In this document: positions 17,684-27,820 of the stretch, in pieces
How the letters are laid out: each line of letters begins with the position of its first letter
Position numbering within the stretch: position 1 is the stretch's first letter
Source of the DNA: Candidatus Zixiibacteriota bacterium
Lineage (GTDB): Bacteria > Zixibacteria > MSB-5A5 > DG-27
Direction: 5' to 3'
Length of the DNA stretch: 64,000 nt
Assembly (NCBI GenBank): GCA_030605835.1
Contig: JAUWHO010000023.1
Location: forward strand, 201,834-265,833
Position numbers and translations under genes: made by a program
Notes under the pieces: generated by a model
Seen by the model: only the letters and a program-made list of their open reading frames with translations
Database searches by the model: none
What the model was told of the DNA's origin: nothing

Positions 17684-19291
17684 TTATTCTCGCATTGGTA
17701 GAAAGATGGTAAAGCGACTTCCCTTTCCGACTTCGGTAGTAATATCGATAAAACCTCCGTGGGCGTCAATGATTTTTTTAGAAACCGGCAGCCCCAAACC
17801 GGAGCCTTTCGACTTGGTGGTGAAAAAGGGGGTGAAGAGCTTAGGAAGTTCATTCTCCGGAATTCCATAACCGCTGTCACTGATTTCCAAAGATAGGTAG
17901 TTGTTCCTCAGCCCGGTGGCGACGGTCAGATCACCACCAGTGGGCATGGAGTCGATGGCGTTTTCGACCAGATTGAATATCACCTGTCTCAAGCGGTGAC
18001 GGTCCAGCTTGCCTTTAAGCTCCTGAGGGTAGTAGTCAAGCCTCGAGGTGATATTGTGGTCTTTGAGCTTGGGCGCTAAAACCTCCATGCTTTTTGAGAC
18101 CAGGAGGTTCAAATCGCAGCTCTCGAGCGCCAGAGGCGATTCCTTGGAGTATTCCAGAAGCTCCCTGGTGATGCGGTCGAGACGGTCGACCTCCTCGACA
18201 ATTACCTCCAGGTCCTCCTTCTCAAATCTGTCGGTGCCGAAATTGCGAAGAAGCCTCTGAGCGTAACCTCCGATGGTCACCAGGGGGGTTCTCACCTCGT
18301 GAGCCACGGTGGTGGCTAGCTTCCCGATGTCCGCCAATCGCTCGTGGCGTATGAGGTAATCCTGGTTCTCCTTGAGCAGTTGATGCACCTGTTCCAATTC
18401 TCGAAGTCGGGTCTCCAGCCTCCTTCTCAAGGTGATGTTCTCTAAGACCGGGGCGGCGGTGTTAGAAAAAGTCTCCAGCGCTACCACATCTTCGGCGGTG
18501 ATACGTTTTCCGGTGATGCTGTTGTCGGCAATTAGAACCCCGATTCCACGCTCCTCGTTGACGATCGGGACGACCAGAGAGGGAGCACCGGCGGAGTAGT
18601 TGTCTAAAGGGGAGAAATCGGAGAATGTCTCCCGGGTAGTCTCTAAGTTGAACGACTTTCTCTCCCTCAGGGAGCGGATCAGAATGTTGTCCTGTTGGTC
18701 GAGGGGGATATTGACCTCTCTTATCAGGGCGCTCAAACCCTCTTTTTCTTCATCGAGGTGAGAGAGAATTCCCTCCACAATTTGACCCAAGGATGGTTCC
18801 TGATCCTCCAGGGCCTTCCAGATGACTCTGGCCTCTTCGGGGTCTTTAGGTCCCACCGCCAGTCTCCCCGACAGCAAGTCCCTCTTGGAATCAGCCAGGA
18901 AAACCGCGGCCCGGTTGAACCCGAAAGCACCACCGACGGTAACCCCCGCCAGGATTATCGCCAACGCCTCCTGCAGATCATTGGTCTTGATCAGATTCTC
19001 AGTAACCTCTTTTAAGAGGCTCAACTCCTCGATCTTCTCCTGCAGTTGTTCGTTGAACTGGCCTAGGCACGGCAAGATCGAGTTAAACATCGTCTGGAAG
19101 TTCTTGTCCACCTGCCGCCGCCCCCGGGAACGTTCCTCGGCGTCCAGGAAGGTTGGACAGTTGCGGCACTCTACGATCTTCTCAAGCGGCAGCCTCTCTT
19201 CTCCCGAAAGCGAAAGATAGACCGGATTTAACCAGCAAACCCCGGAGGGATTAGCCCGATTAGAACATTTAAAGGGGATTTCCTTTACCAT
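17684..19291 (-). CDS. Sensor histidine kinase with a Cys-rich N-terminus and a GAF domain
   Basis: H-box HEVRTPLVTIGGYAQRL, HATPase_c G-boxes (DSGYGIP, GSGLGL), and an N-terminal KCSNRANPSGVCWLNP...CRNCPTF. Confidence 0.8.
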   Translation of the reverse strand: MVKEIPFKCSNRANPSGVCWLNPVYLSLSGEERLPLEKIVECRNCPTFLDAEERSRGRRQVDKNFQTMFNSILPCLGQFNEQLQEKIEELSLLKEVTENLIKTNDLQEALAIILAGVTVGGAFGFNRAAVFLADSKRDLLSGRLAVGPKDPEEARVIWKALEDQEPSLGQIVEGILSHLDEEKEGLSALIREVNIPLDQQDNILIRSLRERKSFNLETTRETFSDFSPLDNYSAGAPSLVVPIVNEERGIGVLIADNSITGKRITAEDVVALETFSNTAAPVLENITLRRRLETRLRELEQVHQLLKENQDYLIRHERLADIGKLATTVAHEVRTPLVTIGGYAQRLLRNFGTDRFEKEDLEVIVEEVDRLDRITRELLEYSKESPLALESCDLNLLVSKSMEVLAPKLKDHNITSRLDYYPQELKGKLDRHRLRQVIFNLVENAIDSMPTGGDLTVATGLRNNYLSLEISDSGYGIPENELPKLFTPFFTTKSKGSGLGLPVSKKIIDAHGGFIDITTEVGKGSRFTIFLPMRE

Positions 19292-19337
19292 CGGTACAGG
19301 GAAATTACGTTAGCCGAGATTCAAAATCAACTGCACT

Positions 19338-19454
19338 GGTGAGTGGTTAGTGATGAATGGTGAATGTTTAGTAACATCTCTACCTCTTTTTCCTTTCCTA
19401 TCTCCTACGTCCTATCTCCTATGTCCTATTTCCTACCTCCTATCCCCTATTTTC
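19338..19454. repeat. Composite heptanucleotide tandem array: GTGAGTG / GTGAATG-type units followed by TCCTAYN-type units
   Basis: Units gtgagtg gttagtg atgaatg gtgaatg, then tcctatc tcctacg tcctatc tcctatg tcctatt tcctacc tcctatc ccctatt. Confidence 0.8.
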
Positions 19455-19566
19455 AATAATCGTCAATACCGAAAAAGTCTGAAGGGGAGGGACTTAAGCC
19501 AACAACAAAGAAGCCCCCGCGGAGTTGACCGCGGAGGCTTCGCTTCTTCCACTTCTCAGTGTACAG

Positions 19567-20757
19567 CTACTTCAACACTCCGTATTTCTTCCCTATTTCG
19601 GCGAAGGCCTCGATGGCCCTATCCAGGTGCTCTTTGTTATGGGCAGCAGATATCTGAACTCGAATCCTGGCCTCTCCCTTGGGAACGACCGGGTAAGAGA
19701 AACCGATCACGTAAATCCCCTTCTCCAGCATATCCCGGGCGAAGTCGTGAGCTAATTTGGCATCCCCCAACATTATCGGGACGATGGGATGGTCGCCGCG
19801 GAGGATGTCAAAGCCGTTGGCGGTCATCTTCTCCCGGAAATACTTGGTGTTCCCCTCCAGCTTATCCCTCAAGGCGGTGGTCTCCTTCAGCATCCCGAAG
19901 GCCCGGATGGCGGTGTAGACGATGGATGGAGCCAGGGTGTTGCTGAAGAGGTAGGGACGGCTCCTCTGTCTCAAGATGTCAATTATCTCCTGTCTCCCGG
20001 AGGTGAAGCCGCCGGAGGCTCCCCCCATCGCTTTTCCCATAGTGCTGGTGATAATATCGACCCGCTCCTGGACCCCACGATATTCCGGGCTTCCCCGTCC
20101 GGTTTTGCCCACAAAGCCGGTGGCGTGGGAATCGTCCACCATCACCAGAGAGTCATATTTGTCCGCCAGGTCGCAGATCTGGTCCACTTTGGCGACGTCA
20201 CCGTCCATGGAGAAGACCCCGTCGGTGGCGACCAATCGTAGTTTGGTGTTTTGACTCTCCTTTAGCTTCTCTTCCAGGTCCCCCATATCGTTGTGCTTGA
20301 AGCGGATCCTCTGGGCCTTACAGAGCCGAATCCCGTCGATGATGGAGGCGTGATTCAGGGTGTCGGATATGACTGCGCATTCGGCATCCAGGATGGTTTC
20401 GAAGAGCCCAGCGTTGGCGTCGAAGCAGGAGGAATATAGAATGGTGTCATCGGTTCCCAAGAAGCTGGAAATCTGTTTCTCCAGCTCCTTGTGGATGTCC
20501 TGGGTGCCACAGATGAAGCGGACTGAGCTCATCCCGTAGCCGTGTTTGTCCAGCCCCTCCTTGGCAAACTCGATCAACTTGGGATGGTTTGCCAGGCCCA
20601 GATAGTTGTTGGCGCAGAAGTTCATCACCTCTTCACCGGTCTCTACCTTGATGGCGGCATCCTGCTGGGAGACGATAATCCGTTCGTCTTTGAAAAGTCC
20701 GGCGTTTCTGATCTCCTCTAACTCTTTTCTTAAGCTCTCTTTTATCGCACCGTACAT
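19567..20757 (-). CDS. kbl: 2-amino-3-ketobutyrate CoA ligase (glycine C-acetyltransferase)
   Basis: Full-length match to the Kbl / AONS-family PLP enzyme (FCANNYLGL...; PLP-lysine region). Confidence 0.9.
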   Translation of the reverse strand: MYGAIKESLRKELEEIRNAGLFKDERIIVSQQDAAIKVETGEEVMNFCANNYLGLANHPKLIEFAKEGLDKHGYGMSSVRFICGTQDIHKELEKQISSFLGTDDTILYSSCFDANAGLFETILDAECAVISDTLNHASIIDGIRLCKAQRIRFKHNDMGDLEEKLKESQNTKLRLVATDGVFSMDGDVAKVDQICDLADKYDSLVMVDDSHATGFVGKTGRGSPEYRGVQERVDIITSTMGKAMGGASGGFTSGRQEIIDILRQRSRPYLFSNTLAPSIVYTAIRAFGMLKETTALRDKLEGNTKYFREKMTANGFDILRGDHPIVPIMLGDAKLAHDFARDMLEKGIYVIGFSYPVVPKGEARIRVQISAAHNKEHLDRAIEAFAEIGKKYGVLK

Positions 20758-20803
20758 GATTTCCTCTTCAAATTAATTGAGTTCTTCTTTATCTGGAATG
20801 GAC

Positions 20804-21868
20804 TTAGGCTGGAACTCCTCCCGGAAAGAGGACCACCTTCCCGGAGATTTTGGGCCGTTTCATCATCAGTTCGAACCCTTTTTCGTATTCCTCCAGTGAC
20901 AATTTGTGAGTCACAATCGGAGAGATGTCCAGCTTTTTGTATCTCAAAAGATTCTTGACCTTAAACCAGGTGTCGAACATCAAGCGGCCGTTGATTCCGA
21001 AGATGGTTGCGCCTTTGAAGACCACCCCGTTGTTCAGATCCCAGTTGACCGGCCCGCTGGCCACCCCGAAGGCGGAATAGCGCCCACCCTTGCGCACCAG
21101 CTTAAAGCCTAAGTCGATCGCTCTTTGAGTCCCGGCCATGTCGAGCACGATATCAACTCCAACACCCTCGGTGTCCTCCATGACGATCTTCTCGACATCG
21201 TCAGTTTTATCGTTTATGAGGACGTCGGCGCCGACCTTCCTGGCGATCTCCATTCTCACCGGATGTCGTCCCACTAAGTAGATCCGAGCCGCTCCGGCAA
21301 CAGAGGCCACCGCGGCCGAAAACAGGCCGGTGGGACCGTCACCGAAAATCAAGACGGTCTTGCCCGTCACCGGCTCCACCAGGGTGCAGTAAACCGCATT
21401 CCCCAGAGGTTCCTGAACGCAGGCGAACTCCGGCGCGATGGCTCTGTCGTTCAGCCAGGCGACGTCATCCGGAATGGCAGCATACTCGGCGAAGACCCCG
21501 TCGCAATCGACTCCCAGGATTTTCAGATTGCCACAAATGTGCTGCTGGCCCGTCAGGCACTGGATGCAGTTGTTGCAGGGGATGTGGGTCTCGGCGGAGA
21601 TGTAATCGCCGACTTTCAAGCGGGTGACGTTCGCGCCGACCTCGACGATCTCCCCGGCGCATTCATGTCCCAGAATCTGAGGAATATTCTTTATCCGGCC
21701 TTGAGACCAGGGATCCCACTCGTAAATGTGGACATCGGTTCCGCAGATTGAGGTGGCTATGATCTTTATCAAGACCTCATTCGGTTTTATCTTGGGAACC
21801 TCCACCTCCAGCATCTCCGCCCCTGGAGCCTTCTTGGTTTTGACCACCGCTTTCATTTTCTCGGGCAT
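20804..21868 (-). CDS. tdh: L-threonine 3-dehydrogenase (Zn-dependent MDR)
   Basis: ICGTDVHIYEWD...GHECAGEIVEVG zinc-ADH motifs; located upstream of kbl. Confidence 0.9.
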   Translation of the reverse strand: MPEKMKAVVKTKKAPGAEMLEVEVPKIKPNEVLIKIIATSICGTDVHIYEWDPWSQGRIKNIPQILGHECAGEIVEVGANVTRLKVGDYISAETHIPCNNCIQCLTGQQHICGNLKILGVDCDGVFAEYAAIPDDVAWLNDRAIAPEFACVQEPLGNAVYCTLVEPVTGKTVLIFGDGPTGLFSAAVASVAGAARIYLVGRHPVRMEIARKVGADVLINDKTDDVEKIVMEDTEGVGVDIVLDMAGTQRAIDLGFKLVRKGGRYSAFGVASGPVNWDLNNGVVFKGATIFGINGRLMFDTWFKVKNLLRYKKLDISPIVTHKLSLEEYEKGFELMMKRPKISGKVVLFPGGVPA

Positions 21869-21965
21869 CTATCCCTCCAAGCTAAAATGAGCGAAAATTT
21901 CGTTACCTTGTGAATGAGGGTGGCACCAATCTAACAGGTAAGAGAGCTCCCTCAAATTGGCAAAT

Positions 21966-21994
21966 AACATAGCCAAAGTCTGGTAGGTTGTCAA
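21966..21994 (-). promoter_or_regulatory. Putative sigma70-type promoter of the tdh-kbl operon (TTGACA-17-TATGTT)
   Basis: The reverse complement reads cTTGACAacctaccagactttggcTATGTT, about 95 nt upstream of the tdh ATG. Confidence 0.4.
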
Positions 21995-22006
21995 GAGAAA
22001 GCCAAT

Positions 22007-22270
22007 GTGTTAGAGTTCACGGTCAGGAGAGAGCGCTTAGGCTTTTGGCTGCAAGAGTGGGGAGGGGATGAGATAAACCTCCACCCTGCGGATGACACCT
22101 CAATCCTTGGAGGCCTAACGGTCAGGCCGGCTCACGAGTGGGGGTATGACCCCCGCCCGAGCTGGGAGTTTCGAAAAGTTGAAGTTTCCCGCAATGACTG
22201 TTTCCTTGACTCAGCCCCGGTGGCGGAGGCCACTGGGCTACCCCCTGGGACGACGAATAGTGGATGGTAA
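22007..22270 (+). CDS. Hypothetical small protein (GTG start; doubtful)
   Basis: The only ORF in an 860-bp coding-poor stretch. It has no recognisable motif and may be non-coding. Confidence 0.2.
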   Translation: MLEFTVRRERLGFWLQEWGGDEINLHPADDTSILGGLTVRPAHEWGYDPRPSWEFRKVEVSRNDCFLDSAPVAEATGLPPGTTNSGW

Positions 22271-22295
22271 ATCGTCGACAGACCTCCCCTAACCC

Positions 22296-22394
22296 CCATC
22301 TCCTATCTCCTATCTCCTATCTCCTATTTCCTGTTTCCTGTTTCCTGTCTCCTGTCTCCTGTCTCCCGTTTCCTGTCTCCTGTTCCCTGTTACC
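22296..22394. repeat. Heptanucleotide tandem array of about 14 units (TATCTCC / TGTYTCC)
   Basis: catctcc tatctcc x3 tatttcc tgtttcc x2 tgtctcc x3 cgtttcc tgtctcc tgttccc. Confidence 0.85.
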
Positions 22395-22659
22395 CAATCT
22401 AATTCTGCCTTGGCTTCCAGCACTATGACAACGCTCTCTCATCTGCCGATACGTGGCGGCGCATGGCTCTCTTCATGTTTGACAGGATAACAGTGAGGAA
22501 CGAAAAATCTCCCGACAAGCCAGATCCCCAGATTCAGTAAGCGCAAACGGGAAACCGATCGCCGGCGGAAACCTCGGGCCCGTTTTTGAGGTTCCAATTT
22601 CCAGCATCGGTTTGCGACGACTGATAAGGGTTAATTTGTGAAAAAAATAACAAAAGGCG

Positions 22660-22688
22660 TTGACAGCAAAAGCCATTTCAGGTAGATT
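22660..22688 (+). promoter_or_regulatory. Putative sigma70-type promoter for dcd-porGDAB (TTGACA-17-TAGATT)
   Basis: ttgacagcaaaagccatttcaggtagatt, 40 nt upstream of the dcd ATG. Confidence 0.4.
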
Positions 22689-22728
22689 GAGTTGAACTGT
22701 CTTATCGACTCATCCTGGTGGATGCAAT

Positions 22729-23289
22729 ATGGCGATAAAGTCCGACAAGTGGATACGTAGGATGGCGTTGGAACGGGAGATGATTAAGCCTTTCGAGGAG
22801 GGCCAGACTCGAAAGGGGAAGGTCTCGTACGGTCTCTCCTCCTACGGTTATGATGTGCGCATCGCCGATGAGTTCAAGGTTTTTACCAATGTGAATACTG
22901 CAGTGGTCGACCCCAAGAACTTCGATCAGAAAAGTTTCGTGGACCTCAAAGCTGAGATCTGTATCATTCCCCCCAATTCCTTCGTTCTGGGGAGAACTGT
23001 GGAGTATTTCAGAATCCCCCGCAGCATCCTGACCATCTGCCTCGGGAAATCAACCTATGCCCGCTGTGGCATAATTGTTAATGTCACCCCCTTTGAGCCG
23101 GAGTGGGAGGGCTTCGCCACCCTGGAGATTTCCAACACCACTCCGCTTCCGGCGAAAATCTATGCCAATGAGGGAATCGCCCAGGTGATCTTTTTCGAGG
23201 CTGATGAGGTCTGTTCGGTATCTTATAAAGAGAAGCAGGGGAAGTATCAACAGCAGAGAGAAATAACCTATCCGAGAATAGACGGCTAG
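22729..23289 (+). CDS. dcd: dCTP deaminase
   Basis: [26 protein letters not shown]...SYGYDVR; dUTPase-fold Dcd signature. Confidence 0.9.
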   Translation: MAIKSDKWIRRMALEREMIKPFEEGQTRKGKVSYGLSSYGYDVRIADEFKVFTNVNTAVVDPKNFDQKSFVDLKAEICIIPPNSFVLGRTVEYFRIPRSILTICLGKSTYARCGIIVNVTPFEPEWEGFATLEISNTTPLPAKIYANEGIAQVIFFEADEVCSVSYKEKQGKYQQQREITYPRIDG

Positions 23290-23345
23290 ATTGAAGTCCT
23301 CAGCGGTCGGCATTCATCCAGTTGCCGAAGAGGAGGAGGGAGACT

Positions 23346-23903
23346 TTGAAAGAGATTAGAATCCATGGTCGGGGTGGTCAGGGGGTCGTAACCGCCGCAG
23401 AGCTATTGGCGGTGGCGGCCTTCGAGGACGGCAAATATGCCCAGGCCTTCCCCGCCTTCGGATCCGAGAGGATGGGTGCACCGGTGCAGGCCTTTGTGAG
23501 AATCGATGAAAAAAAGATTCGAGCCAGAAACCAGGTCCGCCATCCGGATTACCTCATCATTCAGGATCCCACCCTGATCGGAACAGTTGACGTCTTCCAG
23601 GGATTGAAAAAGGATGGTTTGGCAATCATCGACACCGAAAAGCGGCCGGAGGAGCTGGCGATCGACGTTGAAGCCCAAATCAAGACCATCCCCGCCTCCA
23701 AGATCGCCCTGGAGGTCATTGGCAAAGCTATCCAGAATACCACCCTGATGGGAGCCTTTGCCGGAGCGACGGGGCTAATTTCGGTTGAGGCCATAAAGAG
23801 GAGCGTCAGAGAGCATTTCCCCGGGCCGGTCGGCGAGAAGAACGCCCAGGCAGTCCAGCGAGCCTATGAAATGATGAAGGGTGGCAACGGAGGAGGCAAC
23901 TGA
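23346..23903 (+). CDS. porG: Pyruvate/2-oxoacid:ferredoxin oxidoreductase, gamma subunit
   Basis: IRIHGRGGQGVVTAAELLA...; the TTG at 23346 is preceded by aggaggaggg. The track's start at 23322 is an alternative. Confidence 0.8.
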   Translation: MKEIRIHGRGGQGVVTAAELLAVAAFEDGKYAQAFPAFGSERMGAPVQAFVRIDEKKIRARNQVRHPDYLIIQDPTLIGTVDVFQGLKKDGLAIIDTEKRPEELAIDVEAQIKTIPASKIALEVIGKAIQNTTLMGAFAGATGLISVEAIKRSVREHFPGPVGEKNAQAVQRAYEMMKGGNGGGN

Positions 23904-24160
23904 TGTCTAAGCCCGTTGGAATCGTGACCAAACCGGGCAGCTCCAAGGCCAACAAAACCGGAAGTTGGAGGACCACCCGCCCAGTTTTCTTACACAAGGA
24001 TTGCAACGACTGTCGCATCTGCGTGATGGTCTGTCCCGACGGGGTCATCTTCGGTTCCGACTCCAGCTACGACGCCGACTTAGATTACTGCAAGGGTTGC
24101 GGGATCTGCGCTCGGGAATGCCCCAAAGAGGACATCGAGATGGTGCTGGAGGTGAAATAG
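23903..24160 (+). CDS. porD: Pyruvate:ferredoxin oxidoreductase, delta subunit (2x[4Fe-4S] ferredoxin)
   Basis: CNDCRICVMVCPDG...CKGCGICARECP. Confidence 0.8.
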   Translation: MSKPVGIVTKPGSSKANKTGSWRTTRPVFLHKDCNDCRICVMVCPDGVIFGSDSSYDADLDYCKGCGICARECPKEDIEMVLEVK

Positions 24161-24161
24161 A

Positions 24162-25337
24162 ATGAAAAGGATAATGGAAGGTTCAATGGCCGTCGCGGAG
24201 GCGGTCAAAGTGTGCCGGCCTCACGTAATCGCCGCCTATCCGATAACCCCACAAACCCACATAGTAGAGAATCTGGCGCAAATGGTGGCCAACGGGGAGC
24301 TGAAAAGCGAGTTCGTCAATGTCGAATCTGAGTTTGGGGCCGCCTCCGTGGTGCTGGGAGCCTCCGCCGTTGGAGCCAGAACCTTTTCTGCCTCAAGTTC
24401 TCAGGGCCTACTCTTGATGGGAGAGGTTCTCTTTAATATCGCCGGAATGAGGTTACCGGTAGTGCTGGCTTGCGCTAACCGCTCCGTTTCTGCTCCCATC
24501 AACATCTGGAACGACCATCAGGATGCCGCCGCCCTGCGAGATGCTGGCATAATCCAGTTCTTCGCGGAGGACAACCAGGAACTTCACGACCTGATGATCC
24601 AGGCTTACAGGGTCGCTGAGGATCCGGAGATCTCCCTGCCCTGTATTGTTAATCTCGACGGCTTCATCCTCACCCACGGCTTTGAGCCGGTGGAGGTCTG
24701 TGACCAGAAGTTGGTGGACGAGTTTCTGCCCCCTTACAAACCGCTTAACTACCTGGATGTGAAAAATCCCATGACCTTTGGAGCCCTTTTCGAGCCGACC
24801 TGGTATCAGGAGACGCGCTACCGGATCCAGGAGACCATGGAGGAGGCAAAACCGTTAATAGAGGGAGTTTCCAAGGATTTCGAGAAGACCTTCGGGCGCT
24901 TCAGCGGGGGACTGCTTGAGAAATATCGAATGGAGGACGCCGAGAGTGTCTTCATCTCCATGGGCTCGGTCGTCGGCACCATAAAAGATGCCGTCGATGA
25001 GCTTCGCAAGGGGGGAGAAAAGGCTGGGGTATTGAAGGTCAGAGTCTTTCGCCCCTTCCCGACGGAGGCGATAGTTGAGGCTTTGAGCGGGGTCAAAAAC
25101 GTGGTTGTGATGGAGAAGATGATCTCCCTGGGCGCCGGTGGAATCCTTGCCAGTGAAATCAAACAGGCTTTCTACAGAAACCCTCAAGCTCCCAAGGTTG
25201 ATAATTTCATCTTCGGTCTGGGAGGCAGAGATATCCCTCTGGAGTCTATCGTGGAGGCATACGAAAAGACAAAGAAGCAGGATAACAGGGACGTGTTCGT
25301 AGACTTGAGGAAAGAAGCTTTAGAGGTGGACTACTAA
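24162..25337 (+). CDS. porA: Pyruvate:ferredoxin oxidoreductase, alpha subunit
   Basis: PorA-family N-terminus [23 protein letters not shown]; length and operon order. Confidence 0.85.
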   Translation: MKRIMEGSMAVAEAVKVCRPHVIAAYPITPQTHIVENLAQMVANGELKSEFVNVESEFGAASVVLGASAVGARTFSASSSQGLLLMGEVLFNIAGMRLPVVLACANRSVSAPINIWNDHQDAAALRDAGIIQFFAEDNQELHDLMIQAYRVAEDPEISLPCIVNLDGFILTHGFEPVEVCDQKLVDEFLPPYKPLNYLDVKNPMTFGALFEPTWYQETRYRIQETMEEAKPLIEGVSKDFEKTFGRFSGGLLEKYRMEDAESVFISMGSVVGTIKDAVDELRKGGEKAGVLKVRVFRPFPTEAIVEALSGVKNVVVMEKMISLGAGGILASEIKQAFYRNPQAPKVDNFIFGLGGRDIPLESIVEAYEKTKKQDNRDVFVDLRKEALEVDY

Positions 25338-25347
25338 CCTTGAGAAG

Positions 25348-26277
25348 GTGAACATAATCATGGTAGATACAGCTAAGAAGAAAGAGAAGCCACCGGTGGT
25401 TGAGAGCCTGTTGGCGCCAGGCCATCGGGCTTGTGCTGGATGCGGTGAAGCTTTGGCCGCCAGATTGATTATGGATGCCGCCGGATCAAACACCATCGTT
25501 GCCACCACTACCGGATGTTTAGAGGTTTTCTCTACCCCCTATCCGGAATCTGCCTGGAAGGTTGCCTGGATCCACTCTCTGTTTGAGAACTCCTCCGCAG
25601 TTGCGGCTGGGATTGAGGTTGGCCTCCGGGCTCTAGGCAGAGAGGCCGGGATCAACATCATCGCCCAGGGAGGCGATGGCGCCACCGCCGATATCGGGAT
25701 CGGTTGTCTCTCGGGAATGTTCGAGAGGGGCCACAACATCCTTTACATCTGTTACGACAACGAAGCTTACATGAACACCGGGGTGCAGCGCTCCGGGCTC
25801 ACCCCCTTCGATTCCCACACCAGCACCAGCCCCTCCGGGAGTGTCTCCTGGGGGAATCCCACCGAGAAAAAACCACTACCTCAGATCGCGGCCGCTCACG
25901 GCATTCCCTACGTTGCCGTCGCCACTGCCGGTTATCCTGTGGATCTGCAGAATAAGGTGAAGAGAGCTTTGTCCATCAAGGGCCCGAAGTATCTTCAGGT
26001 GCACGTCCCCTGTCCTCTGGGATGGGCCCACAAACCAGAGGATACCATCGAGATCGGAAGATTAGCGGTATTGACCGGGCTCTATCCCATCTACGAGATG
26101 GAAAACGGTGAGGTCACCAAGGTGCGTAAGCTGGGAAAGAAGAGATTACCGGTGGAGGCATATCTGAAGCCTCAGGGGCGGTTCCGACATCTTTTTGCTA
26201 AGCCAGAAGGCAAAGAGGAGATCAAAAGGATTCAAAAGATCGCAGACGGAAACATCGAAAGGTTCGGGCTGGTTTGA
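25348..26277 (+). CDS. porB: Pyruvate:ferredoxin oxidoreductase, beta subunit (TPP-binding)
   Basis: [10 protein letters not shown]...[13 protein letters not shown]-binding motifs. Confidence 0.85.
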   Translation: MNIIMVDTAKKKEKPPVVESLLAPGHRACAGCGEALAARLIMDAAGSNTIVATTTGCLEVFSTPYPESAWKVAWIHSLFENSSAVAAGIEVGLRALGREAGINIIAQGGDGATADIGIGCLSGMFERGHNILYICYDNEAYMNTGVQRSGLTPFDSHTSTSPSGSVSWGNPTEKKPLPQIAAAHGIPYVAVATAGYPVDLQNKVKRALSIKGPKYLQVHVPCPLGWAHKPEDTIEIGRLAVLTGLYPIYEMENGEVTKVRKLGKKRLPVEAYLKPQGRFRHLFAKPEGKEEIKRIQKIADGNIERFGLV

Positions 26278-26352
26278 TCTTTCATTGCAGCCCCGACCTC
26301 CATTTTGCGGTTGAATTTACACTGTTCATTACAGATATTGTCGAAAACTTTG

Positions 26353-26380
26353 AGGCCCCCTGCGGGGCTTTCTCGTAAGC
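26353..26380 (+). terminator. Intrinsic terminator after porB
   Basis: gaggcccc-ctgc-ggggcttt followed by tctcg. Confidence 0.45.
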
Positions 26381-26411
26381 CGTGAATTCTTTCTTCAAAT
26401 AGGGAGTTCAG

Positions 26412-27764
26412 ATGATAACCAAAGAAGAGCTTATCGCCAGGGCAGAGCAACCGGGAAAAGACGCCATGAAGCTCCATCCCCTCTACAAGGGAAAGGTGCA
26501 GGTGGTTCCCAAATGCTGCATTCGATCTTTCGATGACTTCGCGATCTGGTACACTCCCGGGGTGGCAAAACCCTGTTTGGATATTAAGGAGAATCCGGAG
26601 AAGGTCTTCGAGTATACCAACAAAGCCAACACCGTGGCGGTCATAACCGACGGAACCCGGGTTTTGGGCTTGGGAGACATCGGACCGGAGGCCGGATTGC
26701 CGGTGATGGAGGGAAAAGCACTGTTGTTCAAATATCTCGGAGGGGTTGACGTTTTCCCCCTCTGTCTGGACACCAAAGACCCCGACGAGATCATTAAGAC
26801 CGCTCTTCTTCTCCAGCCCTCCCTGGGAGGCATAAATCTGGAGGATATCTCCCAGCCGAAGTGTTTCTATGTCTTGAATACCTTAAGAGAGAAGGCCCGC
26901 ATCCCGGTCTGGCACGACGACCAGCAGGGAACCGCCACCGTCACCGTAGCCGGTTTCGTTAACGCCTTGAGGCTTGTCCAAAAGCAGATCGACGAGGTCA
27001 AGGTGGTGATGGTGGGGGCCGGCAGCTCCAACATAAGAATCGCCTGGCTTTTGATCGAAGCCGGGGTTAAGCCCGGCAACATTGTCATGGCGGACAGCAA
27101 GGGGATTCTACATCAAGGTCGAACCGAGCTTCAGGAAAAGTTCAAGGAGAAGTGGGAGCTCTGCAAGATTACCAATGAGAAGCAGCTGAAAGGAGAGGTG
27201 TCCAGCGCTTTCGTCAAGGCCGACGTCTGTATAGCGCTATCGACTCCGGGACCGGACGTGGTCAAGCAGGAGTGGGTCGCCAGCATGAATAAAAACTCGG
27301 TGGTTTTCGCCTGCGCCAACCCCATTCCCGAGATCTGGCCCTGGGATGCCAAGGAGGCCGGCGCCAAAATCGTCGCCACCGGCAGGTCCGATTTCCCCAA
27401 TCAGGTCAACAACTCCCTGGGCTTCCCGGGAATCTTCCGAGGTACTCTCGATGTCAGGGCCCGGACCATCACCGACGAGATGTGCATCGCCGCCGCCCAC
27501 GAGTTGGCCCAGTGCGCCGTCGACAAGGGCTTACATGACGAACACCTCCTCCCGACCATGGACGAGTGGGAAGTCTTCCCTCGAGAGGCGGTAGCGGTGG
27601 CAATGAAGGCCCAACAGCAGGGAGTGGCAGGCACGCATTACTCCAGCAGAGAGCTCTTCGAGATGGCCTCCGAAAGGATCAAGGAGGCGCGCCAGCTCAC
27701 GAGAAATATGATGGACACCGGCTTCATCAAAGTGCCCAGCGAATACCTGACCCTGGGAGCGTGA
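26412..27764 (+). CDS. NAD(P)-dependent malic enzyme
   Basis: VITDGTRVLGLGDIGPEAGLPVMEGKALLFK; Rossmann motif VVMVGAGSS. Confidence 0.9.
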   Translation: MITKEELIARAEQPGKDAMKLHPLYKGKVQVVPKCCIRSFDDFAIWYTPGVAKPCLDIKENPEKVFEYTNKANTVAVITDGTRVLGLGDIGPEAGLPVMEGKALLFKYLGGVDVFPLCLDTKDPDEIIKTALLLQPSLGGINLEDISQPKCFYVLNTLREKARIPVWHDDQQGTATVTVAGFVNALRLVQKQIDEVKVVMVGAGSSNIRIAWLLIEAGVKPGNIVMADSKGILHQGRTELQEKFKEKWELCKITNEKQLKGEVSSAFVKADVCIALSTPGPDVVKQEWVASMNKNSVVFACANPIPEIWPWDAKEAGAKIVATGRSDFPNQVNNSLGFPGIFRGTLDVRARTITDEMCIAAAHELAQCAVDKGLHDEHLLPTMDEWEVFPREAVAVAMKAQQQGVAGTHYSSRELFEMASERIKEARQLTRNMMDTGFIKVPSEYLTLGA

Positions 27765-27778
27765 GAAGGGACAGACTC

Positions 27779-27820
27779 GACGCTGGCATTGGGAACTCCC
27801 TCCCGGTGCCAGCGTTTTTT
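27779..27820 (+). terminator. Rho-independent terminator after the malic-enzyme gene
   Basis: acgctggca ... tgccagcgt stem followed by TTTTTT. Confidence 0.7.

Noticed and set aside
19338-22394. Possibility that the short tandem repeats are a CRISPR array
   Set aside because: The units are 7 bp with no unique spacers. No cas genes are present. Arrays are dispersed at many loci.
22473-22676. 67-aa minus-strand ORF in the dcd upstream region
   Set aside because: It overlaps the predicted hairpin and promoter, and has no RBS or motif, so it is probably non-coding.
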